Origin: Polyangia bacterium
GTDB lineage: Bacteria; Myxococcota_A; Polyangia; Fen-1088
Assembly (NCBI GenBank): GCA_035549075.1
Contig: DASZRT010000069.1
Span: forward strand, 678 to 64,677
Direction of reading: 5' to 3'
DNA: 64,000 nucleotides
In this document: piece by piece, positions 8,402 through 21,082 of the stretch
How the letters are laid out: each line of letters starts with the position of its first letter
How positions within the stretch are numbered: the stretch's first letter is position 1
Translations under genes and position numbers: made by a program
The notes under the pieces: generated by a model
Seen by the model: the letters and a program-made list of their open reading frames with translations, nothing else
What the model was told of the DNA's origin: nothing
The model's database searches: none

Positions 8402-9964
8402 ATGCCCAAGCCATCGTCGTCGTTGCTTCTGATCGCCGCCGTCTGCGCGGTCTTTTCTTCCAGCGTCGCCAGCGCCGCGGCCAAGCGGCGCGTGGGCGTC
8501 GACGTCAGCGGCCCGTCCGCGCCTCCCGTGCGCGCGGCGGTCATGGTGGTCCTCAAGAAGCACGGCTTCTCGCCCGGCTCGATCAGCCTCTCGGGCGACT
8601 CGAGCGACGCCATCGTGACCGCGGCGCGCAAGGACAAGCTGGCGGCCGTGATCGCCGGCGAGGTGAAGGACGGTGGCAAGCGCGCGAAGCTCCGCGTCTA
8701 CGGCTCGGGCGGCGATCTCATCGGCGAGGGCTCGTGGGCGGAGCGCGGCGGCGCGAAGAAGCTCGCCGCCGCCATCAAGCGCACGCTGTGGGCGCGCGTG
8801 GGCGGCGCGCTGTCCAAGGCCAAGGCCAGCGAGGGCGGCGGCCACGCCGAGGCGAGGGCCGAGAAGGCGGAGAAGGCCGAAAAAGCCGAGCCGGCCAAGA
8901 CCGAGCAGGACGAGTCCGAGGACCAAGGCGAGGACAAGGGCGACAAGGCCGAGGAGAAGCCCACGTACTCGCGCTCCGAGGAGAGCGAGAAGGCCAACGA
9001 CGACGAGGCGCCAAAGCCGAAGAAAAAGAAGAAGAAGGCGAAAGTCCAAGAGGAAGAGGCGGAGGACGAGGGCGAGTCGTCGGGTGGCGAGGCCGCGCTG
9101 ACGGCGCTCGACGTCGGCGTCGGCGTTCGCTCGATCAACCGCACGCTGACCTGGGCCAACGGCAACGTGCGCGGCTACAGCATGGGCATGGCGCCCGCGC
9201 TCGGGCTGTCGCTCGCCTGGTACCCGGCGGCGCACTTCCGCGGCGGCTGGCCGTCGAACATCGGCCTCGCCGTCTCGGCCGAGTTCCTGCCCGGCTACTC
9301 GTCGAAGACGAGCGACGGCATCCACTACCCGACGCAGGAGAACGACTACTGGGCCGGCGTGCGCGGCCGTCTGCCGCTCGGCCCCGTCGAGGGCGCCCTC
9401 ACGGTGGGCGGGGGCCAGCACGCCTTCGTGTTCCGCAGCAGCGGCACGGCCATGCGCTCGAACATCTCCGACCTCCCCGACGTTGCCTACACGTACATCC
9501 GCGCCGGCCTCGACTTCCGCGTGGCGCTGCCCGCGAACGTCTCGCTGCTCGTGGGCGGCGGCTACCGCGCCGTCCTCGACGGCGGCAAGGTCAACTACCT
9601 CGTCCAGAGCTCGTCGTTCTTCCCGGACGCGAAGATCTCGGGCCTGGACTTCTCGGGCGGCCTCGGCTGGCGGTTCCTCTCGTTCCTCGAGGTGCGCGGC
9701 GGCGTCGACCTGCGCCGCTACTCGATCACGACCAACGCCTCGGGCACGCAGCCCATCGTCGCGAGCGGCACCGACCAGACGTTCGCGCTGTGGGCCCAGC
9801 TGGCGGTCCTGCTCGACGGCTTCAAGGGCGGGGGCGGCGGCCGTGGCGCGGCGGCGACCCACGAGGCGCCGGCCGAGGACGCGGAAAAGCCTGAAAAGGC
9901 CGCGGCCAAGCCCGAGAAGTCCGACGACGACAAGTCCGAAGGTAAGTCGGAAGAGGACCAATAG
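8402..9964 (+). CDS. secreted hypothetical protein with central K/E/D-rich low-complexity region (poly-Lys run) and beta-rich C-terminal domain
   Basis: ATG at 8402 followed by a signal peptide (MPKPSSSLLLIAAVCAVFSSSVASA). A KAEKAEKAEPAK...KKKKKKAK acidic/basic linker. C-terminal aromatic-alternating strands. Confidence 0.5.
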   Translation: MPKPSSSLLLIAAVCAVFSSSVASAAAKRRVGVDVSGPSAPPVRAAVMVVLKKHGFSPGSISLSGDSSDAIVTAARKDKLAAVIAGEVKDGGKRAKLRVYGSGGDLIGEGSWAERGGAKKLAAAIKRTLWARVGGALSKAKASEGGGHAEARAEKAEKAEKAEPAKTEQDESEDQGEDKGDKAEEKPTYSRSEESEKANDDEAPKPKKKKKKAKVQEEEAEDEGESSGGEAALTALDVGVGVRSINRTLTWANGNVRGYSMGMAPALGLSLAWYPAAHFRGGWPSNIGLAVSAEFLPGYSSKTSDGIHYPTQENDYWAGVRGRLPLGPVEGALTVGGGQHAFVFRSSGTAMRSNISDLPDVAYTYIRAGLDFRVALPANVSLLVGGGYRAVLDGGKVNYLVQSSSFFPDAKISGLDFSGGLGWRFLSFLEVRGGVDLRRYSITTNASGTQPIVASGTDQTFALWAQLAVLLDGFKGGGGGRGAAATHEAPAEDAEKPEKAAAKPEKSDDDKSEGKSEEDQ

Positions 9965-10020
9965 CCGTCGAGTCGTCTTCCTGGCTCAAGAATCCCCCCG
10001 CCCCTGACGAAGCACCAGTC

Positions 10021-10218
10021 ATGCTGACTGGTGTCGTGAGCGCGCTGATGGTCGTGGCCGGCGGAGCCTGCGCGATCGCCGGGTACATGGTCGGCGCCTG
10101 GCGCCAGCGTCAGGCGATGGAGATGGAGCTCGAGGGCGACTACGTCGACTCGCGCGAGCGCTTCCTCGACCTGGTCGACAGCCTGCGCGACGACCGCCGC
10201 GACAATAGACCCAACTGA
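10021..10218 (+). CDS. small hypothetical membrane protein (65 aa)
   Basis: Single predicted TM (VVSALMVVAGGACAIAGYMVGAW) followed by an acidic tail. Weak support. Confidence 0.25.
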   Translation: MLTGVVSALMVVAGGACAIAGYMVGAWRQRQAMEMELEGDYVDSRERFLDLVDSLRDDRRDNRPN

Positions 10219-10225
10219 CCGAGTC

Positions 10226-10243
10226 GGGGGACTCTCGTCCCCC
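10226..10243. repeat. GC hairpin GGGGGAC-tctc-GTCCCCC downstream of metF and the small ORF
   Basis: 7-bp perfect stem with the same core as the hairpin at 2950-2974. Confidence 0.4.
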
Positions 10244-10289
10244 GAACCCCCCGCTCGCTTCGCGCGGCGAAGCCGCGCTGCGCTCGGGT

Positions 10290-11170
10290 TCAGGCGAGTC
10301 GGGCGGTCTTGAGGGCGGTCAGGATGATGCGGGTCGCGGGGGATTGGTTGAGCGTGTAGAAGTGGATGCCGGGCGCGCCGCCGTGGAGCAGCTCCACGCA
10401 TTGGGCGGTCGCGTGGGCCACGCCGAGCGCGGCGACGGACGCTTCGTCGTTGCGGCAGCGATCGAGCTCGGCGAACAGCGTTTGCGGGATCGAGGCGCCG
10501 CAGAGCTTCGTCATGCGCTCGACGCTCGCGAGGTTGCGGATGGGCATGATGCCCGGGACGATCGGCACCGTGATGCCGGCGGCGCGCGCGCGCGCGACGA
10601 AGTCGAAGTAGACCTTGTTGTCGAAGAAGATCTGCGTGACGACGAAGTCGAGGCCGGCGTCGACCTTGCGCTTGAGGTTGGCGACGTCGCGATCGAGGTC
10701 GCGGCACTCGACGTGGCCCTCGGGGTAGCCGGCGCCGCCGAGCGTGACGCGATCGCCGTGGCGCCGACGGATGTAGGCGACGAGATCGTTGGCGTAGCCG
10801 AAGCCGCCCTCGGTCGCGACGAAGCGCTCTTGCCCAGCGGGCGGATCCCCGCGCAGGGCCATGACGTTCTCGACGCCGGCGTCGAGCAGGCGATCGAGCA
10901 CGCCGCCGATCTCGGCCGACGTCGCGCCGACGCACGTGAGGTGCGCCATGGCCGGGATGTGCGCCTCGCGCTGGATCCAGCGCACGATCTCCAGCGTCTT
11001 CTCGCGCGTCGAGCCGCCCGCGCCGTAGGTCACCGAGACGAACGCCGGCTGCAGGTCGGACAGCTCGCGCACCGTGCGCTCGAGGTTGGCGACGCCCGCG
11101 TCGGTCTTGGGCGGGAAGAATTCGAAGGAGAACACGCGCGGCGAGCCGGGCGCGAAACGCTTCGCGAGCT

Positions 11171-11174
<4 letters not shown>
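10290..11174 (-). CDS. metF: 5,10-methylenetetrahydrofolate reductase
   Basis: FSFEFFPPKTDAGVANLERTV...VSVTYGAGGSTREKTLEIVRWIQ...AMAHLTCVGATSAEIGGVLDRLLDAGVENVMALRGDPP is the classic MetF signature. The likely start is GTG (VKLAKRF), in-frame upstream of a GC-rich extension. Confidence 0.85.
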
Positions 11175-13676
<2,502 letters not shown>

Positions 13677-13721
13677 CACCCGAAAAGAGGCGAACGGCCG
13701 CGAAGTCAGTAAGCTGACTTC

Positions 13722-14546
13722 GTGGCCGATGCCTTCCGCACCGTCGAGCTGTCCGATCCTCGTTTCGAGCGCGACGGCCTCCGGTTCGTGACCGTCAAGA
13801 GCGCGTCGCTCGGGCGGCGCGGCGACGTCTCGGTTTGGGCGCCGCCGGGGGCGGTCGAGCCGCTGCCGCTCGTGATCCTCTTGCACGGCGTCTACGGCAG
13901 CCATTGGTCCTGGCCGTTGCGCGGCGGGGCGCACCTCACGGCGGCGCGCCTCATCGAGAGCGGCGAGCTGCCGCCGCTGGCGCTGGCGATGCCGTCCGAC
14001 GGCTTGTGGGGCGACGGCAGCGGCTACGTCGCGCACCACGACGCCGACTACGAGCGCTGGATCGTCGACGACGTGCCCGCGGCCGCGGCGCTCGCCGACG
14101 AGCGCATCAGCGATCGCTCGCCGCTGTTCATCGCTGGCCTGTCGATGGGCGGCTTCGGCGCGCTTCGCCTCGGCGCGAAGTTCGCGGCGCGCTTCTCGGG
14201 CATCTCGGCCCACTCGGCCGTCACGACGATCGCGCGCCTGGCCGAATCGATCGAGGAGCCCGTCGAAGAGCTGCCCTCGTTCGGCCTCGCCGACGGCACG
14301 GCGCTGCACTGGCTCGAAGCGCACGCCGCGCGGTTGCCGCCGCTGCGCTTCGACTGCGGTACGGGAGACGGCCTGCTCGCCGGCAACCGCGCGCTGCACG
14401 CCGCGCTCGACGCGCGCGGCATCGACCACGTCTACGAAGAATTTCCCGGCGGCCACGACTGGCCGTACTGGAAGCTGCACCTCGCCGACACGCTCCGCTT
14501 CTTCGGCGCGCTCGTGAGCGAAGTCGACGCCGCGCCGCCGCATTAG
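13722..14546 (+). CDS. alpha/beta-hydrolase esterase (enterochelin/S-formylglutathione esterase-like)
   Basis: LVILLHGVYGSHWSW, GLSMGGFGALRLGAKF (GxSxG nucleophile elbow) and a C-terminal GGHDWPYW. GTG start preceded by a hairpin at 13702-13722. Confidence 0.7.
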   Translation: MADAFRTVELSDPRFERDGLRFVTVKSASLGRRGDVSVWAPPGAVEPLPLVILLHGVYGSHWSWPLRGGAHLTAARLIESGELPPLALAMPSDGLWGDGSGYVAHHDADYERWIVDDVPAAAALADERISDRSPLFIAGLSMGGFGALRLGAKFAARFSGISAHSAVTTIARLAESIEEPVEELPSFGLADGTALHWLEAHAARLPPLRFDCGTGDGLLAGNRALHAALDARGIDHVYEEFPGGHDWPYWKLHLADTLRFFGALVSEVDAAPPH

Positions 14547-14618
14547 TTACGAGCTTTTTGCCGGCGGGAAATGTCTCGTCGACCAAACGCGCGCACAGTA
14601 ACCCACGGAGGCACGACG

Positions 14619-15029
14619 ATGACGCCCGAGCAGAAGACGCTGGTGAAGACGACGTTCGCGCAGGTGGCGCCCATGGCCGACGCCGTCGCCGAGATGTTCT
14701 ACGGGCGGCTCTTCGAGATGGATCCGTCGTTGCGCGCGTTGTTCAAGATCGACCTGCACGAGCAGGGTAAGAAGCTCATGCAAACGCTCGCCGTGTGCGT
14801 CGCGAACCTCGAGCACCTCGACGTGATCCTGCCGTCGGTCCAAGCGCTCGGGAAGCGGCACGTCGCCTACGGCGTCGTCGACGCGCACTACGACACCGTC
14901 GGCGGCGCGCTGCTGTGGACGCTCGAGAAGGGCCTGGGCGCCGGCTTCACGCCCGAGGTCAAAGAGGCCTGGACCACCGTCTACGTCACGCTCTCGGGCG
15001 TCATGAAGGACGCCGCGCGCGCCGCCTGA
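14619..15029 (+). CDS. single-domain globin (bacterial hemoglobin-like)
   Basis: MTPEQKTLVKTTFAQVAP...FYGRLFEMDPSLRALF...HLDVILPSVQALGKRHVAYGV is a globin fold pattern with a proximal His. GGAGG RBS 8 nt upstream of the ATG at 14619. Confidence 0.65.
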   Translation: MTPEQKTLVKTTFAQVAPMADAVAEMFYGRLFEMDPSLRALFKIDLHEQGKKLMQTLAVCVANLEHLDVILPSVQALGKRHVAYGVVDAHYDTVGGALLWTLEKGLGAGFTPEVKEAWTTVYVTLSGVMKDAARAA

Positions 15030-15033
15030 TCGC

Positions 15034-16278
15034 TCAGTTGCCGCGGATCAGACCTCGGACGAACGCGCCCGACTGCGAGAGATCCGTCGCGGCCCAGCCG
15101 CCCTTCGGGCTCGCGCCTTGTTTCAACGCCGACGAGCCTTCGTTGGCGCCGCTGATGGCCCAGTTGCATGAGCTGATGGAGTTCTGATCGAGGAACGCCA
15201 TCCACTTGTTGCTCTCGTCGGCGTTGAACATCGTCTGCGTGATGGGATCGACGGCGCCCCACTCGGTGACGAACAGCGGGATGCCGCCCGCGACCGCCAT
15301 CTGCGCGTTCTTGCCGAGATCGCCGCCGAAGAAGTGCGGCTGGTAGCCGGCGTAGAAGTGCAGCGTGTAGGCGACGTTCGTGTCGTCGACGGGGTGGCCG
15401 ATCACCGAGGTCGGCTGCTGGTCCCAATTCGGCGTGCCCGCGATGATGAGGTTCTTGGCGTCGTTCGCGCGGATGACCTTGGCGATCGTGTCGGCGTAGG
15501 GCTTGAGATCGCCGGTCCAGGTGAGGCCCTCGCCGCCGCGCGGCTCGTTCCAGATCTCGTAGATCGTGTTGGCGTGGCCGCCGTACTTCTTCGACGCCAT
15601 GTCGAAGAACGACTTCGCGGCGTCGAGGTGCATGGGCGCGTGGTGGTCGTGCCAGTCGACGATCGCGTAGATGCCGTTCGCGAACGCCGCTTGCGCGACG
15701 GCGTCGAGCAGCGCGAGGTTCACGTCGGGCTTTTGCAAATAGTCGCCGTCGTTCATCCCCGTGACGCCGACGGCGATGCGAATCACCGAGATCTTCCAGT
15801 CCTTCGCGAGCCACTCGATGACGTCGGCGTTGAAGAAGGCCGCGCCCGCCGGGTAGTTGCTCCAGTAGAGGCTCATGCCTTTGAGCTGCGTCGGCTGCCC
15901 GTGCTCGTCGACGACGTGCGCGCCTTGCACGTGCAACGCGCCGTGCAGCGCGACGGGACTGCCGGCCGGTGCGCCCGTCGCGAGCGCGCCGCCGGTTCCG
16001 CCCGTGGCCGTCGTCGCGCCGCCGGTGCCGCCCGTCGACGACGTCGTCGTGCCGCCCGTTCCGGTCACGCCGCCGGTCGCCGTGCCGCCGGTTCCGCCCG
16101 TGGGCGTGGCCGTCGTCGTACCGCCAGTCCCTGTGTCGCCGCCGGCGCCGCCCGTCGACGCCACGCCGCCCGTGCCGCCGCCGTCAGGCTGCGCGCTCGG
16201 CGTGCTCCCCGTGGCGCAGCCCAGCGCGCTCAGCACGAGCCACAGCCCCAGCGATCCCCTCGACGCATGTCTGGTCAT
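15034..16278 (-). CDS. GH5 family endo-beta-1,4-glucanase (cellulase) lipoprotein with Gly/Thr-rich linker
   Basis: IYEIWNEPRG (acid/base Glu) and FVTEWGA (nucleophile Glu) are GH5 hallmarks. Lipobox LSALGCATG. A (TGG)n linker TGGTGGTATGGVTGTGG. Confidence 0.8.
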   Translation of the reverse strand: MTRHASRGSLGLWLVLSALGCATGSTPSAQPDGGGTGGVASTGGAGGDTGTGGTTTATPTGGTGGTATGGVTGTGGTTTSSTGGTGGATTATGGTGGALATGAPAGSPVALHGALHVQGAHVVDEHGQPTQLKGMSLYWSNYPAGAAFFNADVIEWLAKDWKISVIRIAVGVTGMNDGDYLQKPDVNLALLDAVAQAAFANGIYAIVDWHDHHAPMHLDAAKSFFDMASKKYGGHANTIYEIWNEPRGGEGLTWTGDLKPYADTIAKVIRANDAKNLIIAGTPNWDQQPTSVIGHPVDDTNVAYTLHFYAGYQPHFFGGDLGKNAQMAVAGGIPLFVTEWGAVDPITQTMFNADESNKWMAFLDQNSISSCNWAISGANEGSSALKQGASPKGGWAATDLSQSGAFVRGLIRGN

Positions 16279-16336
16279 CGCCCCCAAAGGACGCGACCCG
16301 CCCGAAACCTTCACGCGCGCGCCGGCGCGCGTCGGA

Positions 16337-17482
<1,146 letters not shown>

Positions 17483-17509
17483 GGCTCGACCAGTATATAT
17501 TCGTTTCCG

Positions 17510-18025
17510 ATGCCCGCTCAGTATCTCGACGAGTACGCGCGGGAGCTCCGGCGCGACGGCGAGAAAGCCTTCCGCAAGCGCCACGGCCAGCCTGTGTTGA
17601 TCGTGACCAAGGCCGAGAAGGACGGCGCTTCGCCCAGCTCGGCGAGCGTCGAGGTGGCCGTCGTCGCCGACACGTCGGGCTGGCGCCTGCCCGCGGCCTC
17701 GCTCGTGGGCCGCGTGTTCGTCGTGAGCCGCGGCGCCTTCGTGGACCCTGGACCCGTGACGCTCGGCCGCACCGACGGCACCGAGCTCACGATCGCCGAC
17801 AAGTCGGTCTCGAAGAAGCACTGCGTATTCGAGCCTGCGGCCGGCGGCCTGCGCATCACCGACCTCGGCTCGACGAACGGCACGAGCGTCGACGGCGAGC
17901 CGCTCCCGCCCAACGTCCCGCGCGCGCTCGCGGGCGGCGAGACCATCGACATCGGCAACTTCGAGCTCGTCTACCAGACGGCCGACGGTTTCGTCGCGTA
18001 CCTGCGCGCGCGGCCCGAAGGCTGA
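17510..18025 (+). CDS. FHA domain-containing protein
   Basis: TIADKSVSKKHCVFEPAAGGLRITDLGSTNGTSVDGEPL is the FHA core. ATG at 17510, divergent from the acyl-CoA dehydrogenase gene. Confidence 0.75.
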   Translation: MPAQYLDEYARELRRDGEKAFRKRHGQPVLIVTKAEKDGASPSSASVEVAVVADTSGWRLPAASLVGRVFVVSRGAFVDPGPVTLGRTDGTELTIADKSVSKKHCVFEPAAGGLRITDLGSTNGTSVDGEPLPPNVPRALAGGETIDIGNFELVYQTADGFVAYLRARPEG

Positions 18026-18026
18026 C

Positions 18027-18242
18027 TCACTCGTTCGGCTTGTTGGCGTTCGCCGCGGCGCGGGCGGCCTTGCGCGCGGCGCGCTCTTCGTTCTTCTTCT
18101 GCTCGAGCGCGATCGCGTCGCGCGTCGCGCGGCCGCCCATGATGAAGCCCAGCGTGATCCCGAGGATGAAGATCACCGGGATGTAGATGAAGTGCGACGA
18201 CGGCGGCGTGCCGATCGCGAACGTGGGCAGAAAGACGTTCAA
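18027..18242 (-). CDS. small hypothetical membrane protein (71 aa)
   Basis: One TM (IYIPVIFILGITLGFIMGG) then a basic/Ala-rich tail. Lies immediately downstream of the ccmD-like gene. Confidence 0.3.
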   Translation of the reverse strand: MNVFLPTFAIGTPPSSHFIYIPVIFILGITLGFIMGGRATRDAIALEQKKNEERAARKAARAAANANKPNE

Positions 18243-18255
18243 CGCTTCGGCCCCT

Positions 18256-18522
18256 TCAACGTTTGTCGGCGGCGTCGAGCTTGGCTCTCAGCTCGCGCAG
18301 CTCGGACTTCACGCGCACGACGCCGCGCGCGACCGACACGACGTAGGCCAGCAGCGCGATCCAGATGAAGCTGTAGGCGATGCCGACGAACGGCCCGGCC
18401 GGCACCTCCTCGGTCGCCTTCCCCGAGATCTTCTCGAACTCCTGCGCGAAGGCGAGGGCGGGCGCCGCCAGCGTCGCCGCCACGACGGCGAGCGCGGCCG
18501 CGGCTTTCTTCATCGTCGTCAT
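18256..18522 (-). CDS. CcmD-like small membrane protein (heme exporter protein D candidate)
   Basis: 88 aa with a single TM (FVGIAYSFIWIALLAYVVSVA) followed by a coiled basic tail. ATGA stop/start overlap with the upstream ccmC at 18519-18522. Confidence 0.45.
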   Translation of the reverse strand: MTTMKKAAAALAVVAATLAAPALAFAQEFEKISGKATEEVPAGPFVGIAYSFIWIALLAYVVSVARGVVRVKSELRELRAKLDAADKR

Positions 18523-19202
18523 GAACGAGCCTCCAACAGATCTTCGACGTCGAGCTTGAGCGTCGCGAGCTCGGCGCGCGCGCCCTCGAGCCGCGCGCGC
18601 ACCGTGAGCAGCACGCTCCACACGAGCGTGATGAGCAGCATCGAGCTCCAGAACGCGGGCCGCATGTGCGGGTCCAGCTTGGGCACGACCGTCGTCTGCG
18701 GGTGCACCGTGCGCCAAAAGTCGACGCTCTTGTAGACGAGCGGCACGTCGACGGCCGCGAACAGCGCCAGCGCCGCCGACAGCTTGCGACCGCCCGGCCC
18801 GCCGTAGCGGCGCGCGAGCATGTAGCCGATCAAAATCAGAAACAGCAGCAGCGACGTCGTGAGCCGCGCGTCCCACTGCCAGTACACGCCCCAGGCCTTG
18901 CGCCCCCACAGCGGCCCCGTCACCAGCGTGCAGGCGCCGAACAGCACGCCCAGCTCGCCCGCGGCCGCCGCGAGCCGGTCGCCGCGCTCGGACCCCTTGA
19001 ACAGGTAGGCCATGCTGCCGGCGGCGCACGTGAACGTCGACAGGAACATCATCGAGGCGCACGGCACGTGGAAGTAGAAGATCTTCTGCACGAAGCCCAT
19101 GACGGGCTCGATGGGCGCCGCGAGGATCATCGACGGCACGAACAGGAAACCGACGGCGGCGACGAGGATCGCGGCGACGAAGGCGACGCCTAAAGCGCGC
19201 AT
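18519..19202 (-). CDS. ccmC: heme exporter protein C (cytochrome c maturation)
   Basis: WWD motif WGVYWQWDARLT. Six-TM organisation similar to CcmC. Start chosen at MRALGVAF, but an upstream alternative start is possible. Confidence 0.85.
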   Translation of the reverse strand: MRALGVAFVAAILVAAVGFLFVPSMILAAPIEPVMGFVQKIFYFHVPCASMMFLSTFTCAAGSMAYLFKGSERGDRLAAAAGELGVLFGACTLVTGPLWGRKAWGVYWQWDARLTTSLLLFLILIGYMLARRYGGPGGRKLSAALALFAAVDVPLVYKSVDFWRTVHPQTTVVPKLDPHMRPAFWSSMLLITLVWSVLLTVRARLEGARAELATLKLDVEDLLEARS

Positions 19203-20493
19203 GGAGGGCTTTATACTACGAACCGTGTCAGACGACGGTTCACTCTCAGCGTTTCGCCCGGTCCCGCGGACAGGGGTCATCTACGTCACCACCGAGGCCG
19301 GCAAGCTCGGCTTCAACCCGGCCGCGCCGGACTGGTGCAACCTGGGGCAGGGCCAGCCCGAGACGGGCCCGCTGCCCGGCGCGCCCGCGCGCGTCCACGA
19401 CGTGACGATCCACGTCGACGACCAGGAGTACGCGCCCGTGCCCGGCATCTGGGAGCTGCGGGAAGCCATCGCCGGGCACTACAACCGCCTCTACCGGCGC
19501 GGCATTCCTTCTCAGTACACGGCCGAGAACGTCAGCGTCTGCGGCGGCGGGCGCGCCTCGCTCACGCGCGCGGCGGCGAGCCTCGGCCACGTCAACCTCG
19601 GCCACTTCCTGCCCGACTACACGGCCTACGAAGAGCTGCTCGACATCTTCAAGGCCTTCACGGCGATCCCGATCCTGCTCGAGGGCGAGCGCGGTTACGC
19701 CTTCACCGTCGACGATCTGCGGCGCGAGGTGCACGGCCGCGGCCTTTCGGCGCTGCTGCTGTCGAACCCGTGCAACCCCACGGGCAAGCTCGTGCAGGGC
19801 GACGAGCTCGCGCGCTGGGTCGACCTCGCGCGCGAGCTCGACTGCGCGTTGCTCTTCGACGAGTTCTACTCGCACTACGTGTGGAGCGGCCGGCCGGGCC
19901 AGCTGCCCGTCGAGAGCGCCGCGCGCCACGTGAAGGACGTCGACAAGGATCCCGTGGTCATCTTCGACGGGCTCACGAAGAACTGGCGCTACCCCGGCTG
20001 GCGCGTCACCTGGACCGTCGGCCCCAAGAAGGTCATCGAGGCCGTCGCGAGCGCCGGCTCGTTCCTCGACGGCGGCGGCTCGAAGCCCCTGCAGCGCGCC
20101 GCGATCCCGCTGCTCGAGGACGCGCACGTCGTCGCCGAGACCAACGCGATCCACACCGCCTTCCGCGCCAAGCGCGATCGCCTGCTGTCGGGCCTCGAGC
20201 GCCTCGGCGTGCGCACCGACCGCGCGCCCGACGGCACCTTCTACGTGTGGGGCAAGGTCGACGGCCTGCCGCCGCCGCTCAACGACGGCATGGGCTTCTT
20301 CCGCGCCGCCCTCGACAAGAAGGTCATCGCCGTCCCCGGCGAGTTCTTCGACATCAACCCCGGCAAGCGCCGCAGCCAACGCGCCTCCCGCTTCCGCAAC
20401 CACGTCCGCTTCTCCTTCGGCCCATCGATGGAGACGCTCGAGACCGCGCTCGCGCGGCTGGAAGATCTCGTCCGCGAATCGGCCGCGCGATAG
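19201..20493 (+). CDS. PLP-dependent aminotransferase (class I/II fold)
   Basis: Full-length aminotransferase fold (LLLSNPCNPTGK..., FDEFYSHYVW, DGLTKNW.. Lys region). The start is uncertain: the first in-frame ATG at 19201 overlaps the ccmC start. Confidence 0.75.
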   Translation: MEGFILRTVSDDGSLSAFRPVPRTGVIYVTTEAGKLGFNPAAPDWCNLGQGQPETGPLPGAPARVHDVTIHVDDQEYAPVPGIWELREAIAGHYNRLYRRGIPSQYTAENVSVCGGGRASLTRAAASLGHVNLGHFLPDYTAYEELLDIFKAFTAIPILLEGERGYAFTVDDLRREVHGRGLSALLLSNPCNPTGKLVQGDELARWVDLARELDCALLFDEFYSHYVWSGRPGQLPVESAARHVKDVDKDPVVIFDGLTKNWRYPGWRVTWTVGPKKVIEAVASAGSFLDGGGSKPLQRAAIPLLEDAHVVAETNAIHTAFRAKRDRLLSGLERLGVRTDRAPDGTFYVWGKVDGLPPPLNDGMGFFRAALDKKVIAVPGEFFDINPGKRRSQRASRFRNHVRFSFGPSMETLETALARLEDLVRESAAR

Positions 20494-21082
20494 TGGCCAG
20501 ATCGTTGCTAGGCTCATCATCCGCCACATCTCGCCGGAGGACTCGTTTCGGGTGAGGGCGGGGTGCATCCCGCGGAACGGGTCCTGTCAGCTCGGCGATC
20601 CCTTCCCACTGAACTTTTTTTCGGGCTCGAGGGACTCGCGCTCGTCGGTGCGAGCGCACCGATCCCCATGGACTCGCGAAAAAAAGCTTCAGCGGGCCCC
20701 TTCCCTCACTGCCACCCGTTCCACGGGCTGCACCCCGCCGACAACACGACCCGATCGTCTCGATACAGGTCCGACACAGCCGTATCGACTTTGGCGGGAT
20801 CGGCCTCTCGCATCGGCGGCGGGAAGCGAGCGGGAATGGGTGACGCGAAGGGGGGGACCCCGATGAGGCTTTTTCCCGAGGCAGTCCATGGGGATCAGCC
20901 GCCGGTTGATCACGGCACCAGAACAACGACGGTACCCGAGGGACAAAGACTCAGCGGGGAGGACCCCGCAGCGGCAGGACCCGTTCCCGCGAGCGCCCGC
21001 CGCCCGACAACGAAAGGATCCGCCGGCGAGATGTGACGGATGATGAGGAGGGAGGGAGCTGCCCCTCCCCAGGAAGGGACGC

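Noticed and set aside
20563-21036. 157-aa ORF in the convergent intergenic region
   Set aside because: No codon-position GC bias, lower GC, internal A/T runs and palindromes. It is more likely non-coding or structured.
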